A stretch of 64,000 nt of DNA, taken from Nemertoderma westbladi (taxonomy: Eukaryota; Animalia; Xenacoelomorpha). The position numbers were made by a program, and so were the translations under genes. The stretch covers positions 11,722 to 75,721 of the forward strand of contig JAUCBJ010009113.1 of the NCBI GenBank assembly GCA_032718475.1. The letters are read 5' to 3'. Every line of letters begins with the position of its first letter. The stretch's first letter is position 1. Shown in pieces: positions 11,512 through 22,400 of this stretch. The notes beneath the pieces were generated by a model. It worked only from the letters and a program-made list of their open reading frames with translations, ran no database searches and was not told the origin of the DNA.

Positions 11512-13459
11512 TAATTGAAGAGATACGCCTATTCCTACTATTGGAAGAGACGGTAACAATACCTGCAATATCTTACTGTAAAGTTTGTAAATCAAATCAT
11601 AAATCCGACCTTCTCACCAAAACAGTAAACTCTAAGTAAGCGAATATATTGCAGTATCGATCTCTTATAACCGGTGAGGCAGAAAACAGTCTACGAGCAG
11701 ACAAACTTCGATAAAACAAAATCCCGCGCAGCGAATCCTAAAATCAGGCTGACTCACTGACGGACTAAAGGGCTCGTATACTTTGCCGCGGTGTGATTTA
11801 TATAGTTGGGCAAAGGGACGCTAGCTAGGTACAGAGGCAGATATTTGGAGATGTCTAACTAGCGAGCAAAGTGCAGTAAGGACGAAAGTTAATTTTATAT
11901 ATTTTGAGGTGTAAAGAATTTCTAACGCGCGTGTGTCAATTCTGAACGGTCAAAGCAGTTTTGCTCCTTCACATATATAATTACTGGGTACGGTGTGCAT
12001 TTTACGAATATTCTAATTTTATAACTTGTAGGTCCAATACTCACGAATGATAAGGTTCCTTCCCCTCTTGCGTATTTCCAGGACTCAAATTCAGGCATAG
12101 GGTTAATGCTACGCCCAGAATTCGGCAATTTTAGGTACCAGGTCCCTGATACTAAGAAGAGATGTGTTAGTTTACTACTGTAGGCGTACGGGTACTAATA
12201 GCTATCCTGGCTCCTATCTAGAATTTTAGTCACCCAGGTAGTCCGGGTAACTTCCTATTAGGGCGTTGGCGGGGACACGGTAGATGTTAGTATATCCCTG
12301 ATAGCCTCAATTTATTTGCGCCTAGTGTAAACTGCCCTACCGCCTGAACGGTACAATCCCAATTCAGGTGAAAACACAGCAACCCCCCTAGCCTACAAGT
12401 TCTAATGCAATGGACACTGTCGTACTACAAATAGTCGCACACACACCTGTACTTAGCAAGAGTTAAGCGTACAGTTTGCTGCACCCTAACCAATTGTATG
12501 CCTTGTACCGGTGTGCCTACGTCCTATCTGCGTACTAGTATCTGCCTGCGCTCTCTCCCTCCCCCGTAGGAATATGAAGGTCTACTGCGGTTTTTTCCTG
12601 AATCAAGACAGTACAGCCCCTATGATGTAATTTTAGGCTTACAGCGTGTCACTACGTCTACCTTTTGATCTTTTGGTCTTACACTTAGGTAGCAAGGATC
12701 GAACGCTGTCTAACCTTTCAGGCGATGGGCGAATAACTCTAGATGGTATTGCGGGTTGTCTCTCGTCTACATTCCCCCGATGTTCCCGTTCATTGCTGCG
12801 GCCCGATCTCTAGCCGGCCATCCTGTCCCTTAAGTTTGTTCACCGTAGTGAATCATGGTAAAACAGATAGAAAAGCAGATTAGCGATAATTCTGACTTTA
12901 TTACAGAAGATATAATTATAATACAATGTAATCTGAAATAAACTAAGCACGACAGAATATTGATAAGATAATCTGAGAAGTAGAAGTGAATATAGATTGA
13001 GATATAAGATTGAAGTAGTGAACTAATGAACGAAATCGCACCTTTATATACCAAATTTGTGCCGCAATCAATCGAGAAAATTCTCAATTGTTCTATGGGT
13101 TCTAACAGGGTTTTAAAGATAGCTATTGGTCCAGCTAATATATAACTTGCACGACATTGGTTACAATCAAATAACTACAGTCTCATTGGTACAGACAAAT
13201 GCAATTAATTTGTAGCGGTTAATTTAAATGAGTTGAAATTCTGCACAAAAAATAATTCGCAATTACTAGGATTCGAACTCGATACCTACTACACATATAA
13301 TTTCCAACGCTCTACCAACTGAGCTACTGAACCACTTGACCGATAGGCGCACAAATGATAGAACCAATACGAATGAGAACTCAAAGCAATCTTTACAAAG
13401 TTAATTCGAATAAAATAAAATTTTGAAAATCCATGGCATTTAGGGAATATAATTCTATA
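11512..13459 (-). repeat. 3' LTR of the inner element
   Basis: Minus strand reads TATAGAATT...CTTCAATTA. Matches 26461-28410 with at least 5 substitutions and a 2-bp indel seen by eye. Confidence 0.95.
13247..13333 (-). ncRNA. tRNA-derived Pol III-like cassette in the inner 3' LTR
   Basis: Minus strand GGTTCAGTAGCTCAGTTGGTAGAGCG...GAGTTCGAATCC...TTTTTT contains an A box, an intact D-arm (GCTC/GAGC), a B box and a T6 run. Acceptor, anticodon and T stems pair poorly, so it is not a functional tRNA. Confidence 0.7.
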
Positions 13460-14349
13460 CCGCTCCATGAAAACAGGATATTATCGTGCATAAAATATAC
13501 GGTTTTCACCAATAATCAATCAAACTATAGAATACTTAGGGCGTACTTACATATTTACAATTAAATTTCAAATAATACTTCCTTTCTACGTAATGATTCA
13601 CTACAAAAATAATTACAAATTCAAACTTTACGTATTTAAGGCTTTACTAAGTAAGTACAATATAAATCTAAATTAAATTCACCAATATAAATCTATTGCA
13701 TCTCAAATATTGCATAAATTCAAACAATTAAAAATACAAATAAATGAAAATATTGCATCTCAAATATTGCATAAATTCAAGTAATTACAAATACTTTCGT
13801 ACCTAAATGTAGATTGCATAAGTTTGGAATAATTACAAATATGAGTCTTTCTGAGCACAAAATTTTCTAACTATAAAACTTTCTAAATACAAAATATAAC
13901 ACTTTACAAATGAAACTATAAGAAAGGCCCACGAGTCTTCCATCTACTCTTACTTTCGATTTCACTGTAAATACAAATACTGCTTATAAGATATAAATTG
14001 CATAATATTCGGAACAATATAAATTGCATAAGTTCGGAATAATATAAATTGCATAAGTTCGGAATAATCACAAATATAAAATATAAATTCTTACTAAATA
14101 TAAATCTTTACTAAATATAAATATAAACTGCATAAGTTTAGAATAATATAAACTCCTTTGCATCTCAAATATGAAACATAAATCTTTCAAATATAAGTTC
14201 CTTCTAAATATAAACCTTCTAAATTTCATAAATTTGGAACAATACAAATTGCATAAGTTCGGAATAAACACAAATATAAATATAAATTCAAATAAATCAC
14301 AAATCATAAGAAAGGCTCACGAGTCTTCCGTCCACCCTTGCCCTCCCTT

Positions 14350-16052
14350 TTATCGTTTTGTGGATCGAGCCCTGCCGCGTCCTCGAAAACTGCGCACAGG
14401 TGACTTTGCTCGCGATATGGGACTCGTGGGGCGAGTCACTGGTTTACTTGGGACGTTGAGAGACGGTGCGACCATTTCCTCACAAATTCGTCTATTTGGC
14501 ATCCCAAAACCTCGACCAATTCCTCGTGACCGATCAGTCGTCACTACAGTTGGTAGAACGTCTGGGAACGCGCGAGAAGTGGACGACGCAGACCCAAGAG
14601 TAGCTTGCGCCCCCTGTTGATCAGCTGGTGTATGTCCCGATCCTCCTACTGGTTCTCTTGGAAGTGATACCGTATCCCGAGTAACTCGAATAGTCGGCTC
14701 AACTCCCTTGCGTTCTTCTACATTAATAATTTTCTTTAATTGTTGGCCCACTTTCTGGACCCGTATGATCCTACCCTGTCCGTCCTCCCGAGGGTGACGT
14801 GCAGACGGCGCAACCGGAGTGGCTGATATATTTGTCGCCTCTAGGACCTCCTCTTCCTCGAATACGCTCGCTCGTATACGTTTGTGGTAAAACGCGGCTC
14901 GGTACGCCCATGCGACGGTTAATCAAGCTCCCTTGTTCCGCTTTTCGGTTCGGAAACGATCGAATTCACCATACGTAATCCGATTAACGACTTTCTGAAA
15001 ATTCCACGTGTTTTTGTTATCCGGGTGAATCTGTAGTAGATACTCGCGCACCACTCGGAATCCGCTGTCGTGGGGCAAAATATCGACAACCTCGATAAGT
15101 TCGTCATATTGGGGCATAGCGGAGATATATCCTTCCGACATCATCGTTTGAGGATTTACCGCCCAAAATCCGAGATGCGCTCTCATCGGAAACCGTCTTC
15201 TTTGTGCTGATACATGTTCGTCGGCTAAATCTTCCCACTCGTCAAATAATTTCCTCACGAGTTTTACAGATTCGTGTTCATAAGGTATGTCCCTTAGTTG
15301 GCATTCAGATGCTCGATGTCCCTTTATATTGCAATAAGTACATTGAGCCATAAATCTCCAGCAAGTATAAAAGGTATGAGACCCTTGATCCCCACACCAT
15401 CCACAGATTAGCTGAGTCGTAGTAATGTGCTTTCCACTGCACTTTGTCATATGATGTCCAGCGACGCCACATTTACTACACATCGTATTGGCAGGGTACC
15501 ACACTCGTTCGTATATAAGATCTCCAATCGGTCGAGCGCTTCCTCCCATACTATAATCGTAATCATCTGGGTCTATGGGTTGGTAGGTTTCTGAAGGTTG
15601 TATACAAACTATAGCATCTGTTGCTTCAAGTTGTCGAATCTCCGTCTGAGATTTCTTCGGGAGGTTCCTTTCTATCTCAAGAAGTTCCTCTAAAGGATCG
15701 TCGGCGATCGTAGTAGTTACTTCGAATTCATCACCAAGGTGACCGATAGGCGCGCGCGTCTGCCGTGATTCATCCATAATCTCCACGACACGCTCTCCTT
15801 CATAGGGCAACAATGCAAACACAGATGGCCCTCCGACAAGAGATCCCGCACAGCGAAGATGCACGTCTCGAAATATGCTAAATCCTGCTCGAGTAAAGGC
15901 ATTGCTGTCTTTGCGAGCTTCGCTGTACTTTCTGATAATTCCTTTATACCAAATATAGTGTAGTCTTTTGCTCCAAATCGTTCGAATGAAGCTGCCGCTT
16001 CCTCTTGGATATCATATCCCCATCTCGGCTCTCCTTGTATCCCTTTCTCCAT
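14350..16052 (-). pseudogene. Extra sense ORF after the integrase, with three CCHC zinc knuckles (one frameshift, one in-frame TGA)
   Basis: ORFs 16052-15717 and 15864-14923 overlap in different frames. 15864-14923 and 14751-14350 share a frame, separated only by a TGA. Motifs CSKCGVAGHHMTKC, CGWCGDQGSHTFYTC and CTYCNIKGHRASEC. Confidence 0.75.
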
Positions 16053-16710
16053 AATTAGAGGTGTAGTTACATAATCATTACTACTAGAGGGAATACAACA
16101 GAGTTTGTGGTTAGTTGTGAGGAGACGTGAGAGTTTCGTCTGCCCTTTGGGCTCGACAACGCTCTAACCTCCTACCCATAGCCTAAGATCTAGGGTTTCT
16201 TTAATGACACGCTGCTTCTTATCTAAAATTTTTTGCCGAAATAAAAACGAATTTGGGCTAAACTGGCTGTGAGTCTAAAATACTCACTTTTGATCCCAAA
16301 CTATTATCAGAAAATAAGCAGTCAAGAATTAGTAATAAATATAGGGGAGTCTATTTTGACGTAACTTATTGAAACAAGACCGTGTAAAATTTAATTAAAA
16401 TTTTAAGAAAGGCTCGCAAGTCTTCCTCTCTTGTTTCTCTAATTTTAAGTTCCACCCGACTGTACCCTGAAATCTATTCACTGGAGAAAATTTTAAAAAT
16501 TTTTCAAATCCAAATGGATTGTCTAAAATTTCGAAAATGTCTCAATATTGTGAGTTCCAAGTAGAATTCCATTTCTTATACCTACAAATCCCGCTCCTAT
16601 GTGACACATAAGGGTACCACCCTCAATGTTCACATATAAAGACAATGGAATTCTACCGCTGTCCTTACTACGGTGTACAGGTACGTGGAAATCTATTTGT
16701 AAACTCCTAA

Positions 16711-19479
16711 TTATTTACTAGTATTAGGTGGAGATTTGTAGTCTCCAGACTCGTTACGAGTCTCTTCAAGAAGTACGAGACGTTGAGTCGGTCTGTCTAC
16801 TGTTCGACCGTCAATTGTCCGTACCGTCACAGTTCTTGTCACTCCATCCATAGATGGATGTGTGGCTAAAATTACACCTGTTATCCAGAAGCGTCTTTTT
16901 AGATTCACTTCCGCTAACAGCACGTGATCTCCCGGCTTTAATGCGCGGGTGTTATTGTACCAGTTTGTTCTGGCAGAAATAGAGGGCAAATAATGGTTTT
17001 GCCATATTTCCCAGAATTTGTTAGAAAGTAGTTGCGTGATTTTCCACGCTTTTCTACCGTAGCTGTCGCTTTCTATTGGAATAGAAATCGGCGTCAATGT
17101 GGTCGGTGCCTGCATAAGCAGGTGTGCCGGTGTTAAAGCGAACTGAGATTGTTTGTCATCGGGTACTAATACTATTGGTCTAGTATTTAGTATTGCCTCG
17201 ATTTCAACAAACAATGTTGTCAGTTGGTCGTCTGTCAATATGTGGTTTACTGGAATGACCTTTGCCATTGCCGTCTTTATAGATCTAATCAATCTCTCCC
17301 AGACTCCGCCTCTCCAAGGACTATCTGGAGGATTAAACTTCCAAACAATCTTGTGAGGTTGTAGTTCGTTCGAGATTTGATCATGATCTAGTTTCTTAAA
17401 GGCTCTAGCAATCTCATTCCGAGCACCAACAAAGTTTGTCCCTTGGTCTGAGTACAAGCATTTTACTAGTCCGCGTCTAGCGATAAATCGCCGCAGTGCT
17501 AGTATAAACGCGTTGGTGGAAAGATCCATCACACGTTCAATGTGAACTGCCCTACTGGACATACATGTGAAAATCAGTCCCCAGCGTTTTACTAGTATAC
17601 GTCCACGTTTCGTATGTATGGGACCAAAGCAATCAATTCCAGTCTCTGTAAAAGGTGGTCTGAATGCTTGAAGTCGTGCTTGTGGAAGTTCACTCATTTC
17701 TTGGGTACCTATTCTAGAGTGTACCTTTTTACAAATAATACACGTACGCGTCACTGAACTTAACGCTTTACTGGGTCTAATTAATACAAATCTTGTACGT
17801 AAGTAGGAAAGACAGTGGTGTCTTCCAGCGTGTTTCAGATGTAAATGTGCGTCCAGTATCATTGCACGTTGTAGTTCGTGGTGTTGCGGTATTATTATTG
17901 GGTACCTAAAGTTTGTGTTAAAGTCAATGTTTTGAAGCCGAGATTTATGACAAATTAAGCCATTATAAATAATCGGACTCCAACTCAGTATTGGTGACGA
18001 CTTGATTGGTTGACCTTGATTTATGGATGTGAATTCGCGCGCGAAATATCGCAGTTGGTAATGGCGAATTAATTTAATCTCACACCTGTCAATCTCAGCC
18101 AATGTAAGTCGACGTGTAAAGTCACGTTTGCCTTTAACGTATTGTACAAAACGTACAATCCACGCTAATTTTCGGCAAGCGTTTGTCCAAGAATCTGTTA
18201 GGTTTACAATCCGGTCGACGTGAGTATTTGTGACGTCATCAGGTAAGTCAATGGAGATTTTGGAAGGTTTTGAATTACTAGAAGGGCCCATGGGTCCGCC
18301 GGTAAGTATTCCCTTGTTGACTGTTGATCCGTCCGGGTCTACAAGTAATTTGTCCTTCTTCGTCTTCTTACCTTGATCGTCAGTACTTTGTAAGTCGATC
18401 GTTAATGGTGGTTTGAACTCTATGGGGTCAGCAGGTTTCGGTAAACTTATTTTCCTGCCGACATTAATCCCAGGTCTCACCATAGGTTGCAAGTTTGGTA
18501 TGTCTCTTGAGCGCAAAGTAACACCTGTATTTACATTAGCGTAGGTACTACCCACATCTGTAATACATGAGGTTTCACCGTGCTTATGGTTGCTCAAGCG
18601 TGTCAAAATTGGTAGTTTGTCGATACAAGGCCGCTCCAATAGAGAAACTGCGGCTTTACTGTTTGTCAATACATTACTAATGTCCGGTAGAACATTTTGT
18701 GATGTTTCTGACAAAATGTCTAGTCGACTGTCTAGTAATGTGTCTGGCGATACGTCTGGTAACGTATCTGGTTGTTTGTCAATAGAAGGCCGCTCCAATA
18801 GAGAAACTGCGGCTTTACTGTTTGTCAATACATTACTAATGTCCGGTAGAACATTTTGTGATGTTTCTGACAAAATGTCTAGTCGACTGTCTAGTAATGT
18901 GTCTGGCGATACGTCTGGTAACGTATCTGTTTGTTTGTCAATAGAAGGCCGCTCCAATAGAGAAACTGCGGCTTTACTGTTTGTCAGTGTGTTACTAGCG
19001 TCTGGTGGAACATTTTGTGACATGTCTGGTTGACCGTCTAGTAACGTGTCTGGTTGACCGTCTGGCGATATGTCTGGTGTAGAAAGGCTCGCAAGTCTTC
19101 CTCTCTTGACCTTTGAAGTTATATCTTTCCATTTCGCCTTCGGTTTTTTCTTGAGTTTTGCCGCCGTCGTCCTTTTCTTTGTCTTCCCCTTTTTTGGTTT
19201 CTTGATTTCGGCGTCCTTAGGGATAGTGTTAGATTTGTTGTCGTATAACGGAGGCCAATCTTGCGTCGATTTCTGCAAGAATTGGGGTCCGTGTTGCCAA
19301 AATTCTTTGTTCTCCGGTTTACAGAATTCCTCAGGCATCATTCCTCGCGACGCAATATCAGCTGGGTTTTGTGGTCCGGGACAATGTCGCCAATCCTCTT
19401 TTATTGAACGGTCTAGAATTTCCGCGCGACGGTTAGCTACGAATGTCTTGAATTCGAGTGTGTCGTTGTTTATGTAAAA
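16711..19479 (-). CDS. Inner BEL/Pao pol C-terminal part: end of RNase H, repeat linker, integrase
   Basis: FKTFVANR, NPAD-like QNPADIASRG, HHCC zinc finger (HLHLKH...CIIC), DDE motifs GIDCFGP, SDQGTNF and GGVWERLIRSIK, and the BEL C-terminal FWEIWQNHYL. In frame with the upstream ORF across a single TAA. Confidence 0.93.
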   Translation of the reverse strand, partial: FYINNDTLEFKTFVANRRAEILDRSIKEDWRHCPGPQNPADIASRGMMPEEFCKPENKEFWQHGPQFLQKSTQDWPPLYDNKSNTIPKDAEIKKPKKGKTKKRTTAAKLKKKPKAKWKDITSKVKRGRLASLSTPDISPDGQPDTLLDGQPDMSQNVPPDASNTLTNSKAAVSLLERPSIDKQTDTLPDVSPDTLLDSRLDILSETSQNVLPDISNVLTNSKAAVSLLERPSIDKQPDTLPDVSPDTLLDSRLDILSETSQNVLPDISNVLTNSKAAVSLLERPCIDKLPILTRLSNHKHGETSCITDVGSTYANVNTGVTLRSRDIPNLQPMVRPGINVGRKISLPKPADPIEFKPPLTIDLQSTDDQGKKTKKDKLLVDPDGSTVNKGILTGGPMGPSSNSKPSKISIDLPDDVTNTHVDRIVNLTDSWTNACRKLAWIVRFVQYVKGKRDFTRRLTLAEIDRCEIKLIRHYQLRYFAREFTSINQGQPIKSSPILSWSPIIYNGLICHKSRLQNIDFNTNFRYPIIIPQHHELQRAMILDAHLHLKHAGRHHCLSYLRTRFVLIRPSKALSSVTRTCIICKKVHSRIGTQEMSELPQARLQAFRPPFTETGIDCFGPIHTKRGRILVKRWGLIFTCMSSRAVHIERVMDLSTNAFILALRRFIARRGLVKCLYSDQGTNFVGARNEIARAFKKLDHDQISNELQPHKIVWKFNPPDSPWRGGVWERLIRSIKTAMAKVIPVNHILTDDQLTTLFVEIEAILNTRPIVLVPDDKQSQFALTPAHLLMQAPTTLTPISIPIESDSYGRKAWKITQLLSNKFWEIWQNHYLPSISARTNWYNNTRALKPGDHVLLAEVNLKRRFWITGVILATHPSMDGVTRTVTVRTIDGRTVDRPTQRLVLLEETRNESGDYKSPPNTSK
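18620..19075 (-). repeat. 159-bp (53-aa) in-frame tandem repeat between RNase H and integrase
   Basis: CCGCTCCAATAG occurs at 18631, 18790 and 18949; protein TNSKAAVSLLERPxIDK x3. Confidence 0.9.
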
Positions 19480-22400
19480 TTAAACCAACGTCGCGTCAGT
19501 CCAATAAAATATCTGTAAACTCGACTGTAGTTCTGTCTGTATGAGGTTCACGATGGTGGTTGACAGGGTTGCGGCTTGTAGCTCAGCTCGTGGTGTCGTC
19601 ATATACTTAGTAGGCATGGTCTTAGCCTTAGAAGTAATGAGCGAAACATCGAACTCGTCTGAGTCTACTTGTCTGCGCAAGTACGCTGCCACACCAAAAC
19701 CGTTGTCACTGGCGTCAGAAAAACAGTGTAATTCCAAGTTGTCAGGAAATGTACTTTGTAATGGAAAGTAAACCCTGGGTATGAAATAATCCTCTAGCGA
19801 AGATAATTCCGCCTCCCAGGTCTTCCATAAGTCCACTTGGTCTGATGAGATCGGCTCGTCCCATGTTAGTCCATCCTTCCATATACTGCGCATATAAATG
19901 CGGGCTTGCAGTATCACTGGACTGATGAATCCTAACGGATCGAACAATCGGCTCAATTTTGACAAGCATGATCTCTTTGTCAGTGTGTTCTCTTGACTGT
20001 CCAGTCTCACCTTCACTCGAAAGTTGTCTGTGTTTGGGTCCCAAAAGAGCCCCAACACCTTAGTCGTCGGTAGTGGTTCGAACTCTAGGTCTATGTCACC
20101 ACCTCCACGCTCAGTCGTTCCGAATGAGTCTACTAATTCGGCACTGTTTGAGGCGAATTTGGTGAGGTTAAAACCTCCGCCCGCTAAGCAGTCCCGTAAT
20201 TGATGTGCTACTGTTGTAGCACGTTCTACTGTGTCGCAACTCTGTAAACCGTCATCGACGTAAAAGTCACGTTCTACGATTTTAATTATCTCTGGGTCAT
20301 ATAGATGTTTCTGATCCCTAGCGGCCTGCTTTAGGGCGTACATCGTGCAATTTGGGCTGTCTCTGGCACCGAAAACGCGAACTTGCATTTGGTAAGTCGC
20401 CGGTGGTAAACTTAAGTCTCCTTCCGGGTACCAGAGGAACCGCAAACTGTCTCTGTCTCGCTCTAACGCTCTCACTTGGTGAAACATCGCTTCAACGTCA
20501 CAAGTAAAAGCTACTTGACGCTGACGGAAGCGCATAATCACCCCCATAAGATAATTATTCATGTTTGGTCCATCCATCAACTCACTATTGAGGGACATTC
20601 CCTCAAATAGAGCCGCACAATCATTGACTACGCGTACTTTATCTGGTTTGTCGGGGTGTCTCACATAGTGATGTGGCAAGTAATATGTTTGGTCAGTCAC
20701 TATCTCCGGGTTAGTCATTCGGATAGCGTATCCTTTTGTCAAATACGTCTCCATCTGAGTGTTGTACTGCAGATGGGCTTTCTCGTCCTTTAATAGACGT
20801 TGCCGTATTGAATGTAGACGTCTTAAAGCCAGTGGGTAGTTGTTTATAAGTTTAGGACTTTGGCTACGCCATAACATCCCTACCTCATAATGTCCGTCTT
20901 TCGTCTGGTGGATAGTATCTTCCATGATCTTCAGAGATTGTTTCTCCTGTTCCGACATACAAGGTTCGTAGCTACCAGGTTCAGCTGTATCTTGTTCTAA
21001 CCACCTGATAGTCTTCTCCGTTAATTCTTTGTCCAAAGCGGCTTGTTCCATTTGATGATTTCTCAACACGTCATCATCGATATCGACGGGCACTGTTGAG
21101 GTTATTGGGGTAGGTAGACTCGCAAGCCTATCATGTGTCGTCGATGGAATCTCTAGCTGACTTGTCTTCTCCCCAAGTTCTAAACTCACCTGGTGGGTTA
21201 GCTGCTCCTTGTGACTTATCATACTAGTTACACGTCTGTCATGTTTTGTCGACTGTAGTGTAGTATGGTTCACGTCGTGTGAAAAGGAATGAATTGAATT
21301 TGTAGTTAATAAACTACATGTACTTTGTACATCGTCTTCCTCGTCACTTACGTCTAGTGTGCGCACAGGCGCTCGAGTATACCACCCTATCGGCGTTCTG
21401 CAGGCGTATGCGTTTCCCGCTACAACTGCCGATGGTCTGGTTTCCCACACCTGATGTAGGTTGAATTGGTCTGTCCCGATCAGCATGGCTACCGATCTAT
21501 AATTGACAGGACATTCGGGTACACCTAGGTGTCTGAAATACTTACGGTCCTCTAGAGATTGTTCCGGCACTGGACCTAGTAGATTACTAAAGTCCTTCGT
21601 GGCCGCAAAGGTTAGATCTTTAAAGGGCAACAAAGACCTCTCCCTCTCGCTGTGCTGCGATTTCGGAAGAAGAGAGTCTAAGTCCAACTTAACTCGTGTC
21701 ACTGGTATTGCACGCTGTCCGTGCATACTACTTACGGTATAACTGACGTGCTTACCTTGTTTAAGATCCGTCACTACGTCAGCTATCTTTTCATCCACGT
21801 AGCTATGAGATGAGGCTGAATCTAGAATAGCGTAGATTCTTTTACTCCCATTTGTGCCGGTAATCTTAATCGGAATTACACTGAATCCCTTCAGTTGGTC
21901 AGTAGTCAGAAGCGCGATCGACGGTTGTTCGTCTCCATTGGAATATTCGTCGTCGTCTTCTAACTCTTCATCCGACGATCCGGATTGTTCTGAGAAGCAA
22001 TCCTCAATATGGGTCACGAAGGTTGGAGTCGTTTTCGATTCTCGCCTTTTGTAGGCCGCATCACATCTCGCTGCTGCTTCCGGGTGTTCCCTGGCGAAGC
22101 GTTTCGTCGGCGTGTGGCTGTCTGTATGGAGCAGACCGTCATGGTTGCGTCCACAGGATGGACAAGTGTCGGTATTTGGGCAATCTTTACGGACGTGTCC
22201 GTGTCGCGTACACCGCCAACAAGAGTCCAGTGGCCGTATTTGCAGCCGTCGTTCTTCCGAGTTCAACTCGCGAAATTGTCGACAACCTCGTAACTTGTGA
22301 CCGATATACCGCTTGCCTAAATGCTCGCAGTATTGGCAGCCGCTGAAGTCGGTACTAAGTTGTTGTCTCGTCTGTTTTGTCCCAATGGGCGCAGATACCC

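Noticed and set aside
11512-11639. C-terminus of ORF 10986-11639
   Set aside because: Read-through into the inner LTR; the real continuation is at 28416.
13247-13333. Functional tRNA gene
   Set aside because: Only the D-arm and the A/B boxes are intact; the acceptor, anticodon and T stems do not pair.
19480-19482. Programmed stop-codon readthrough in pol
   Set aside because: The TAA falls inside the RNase H motif TDxxxVLxYI at the Leu position, so a TTA-to-TAA mutation or sequencing error is simpler.
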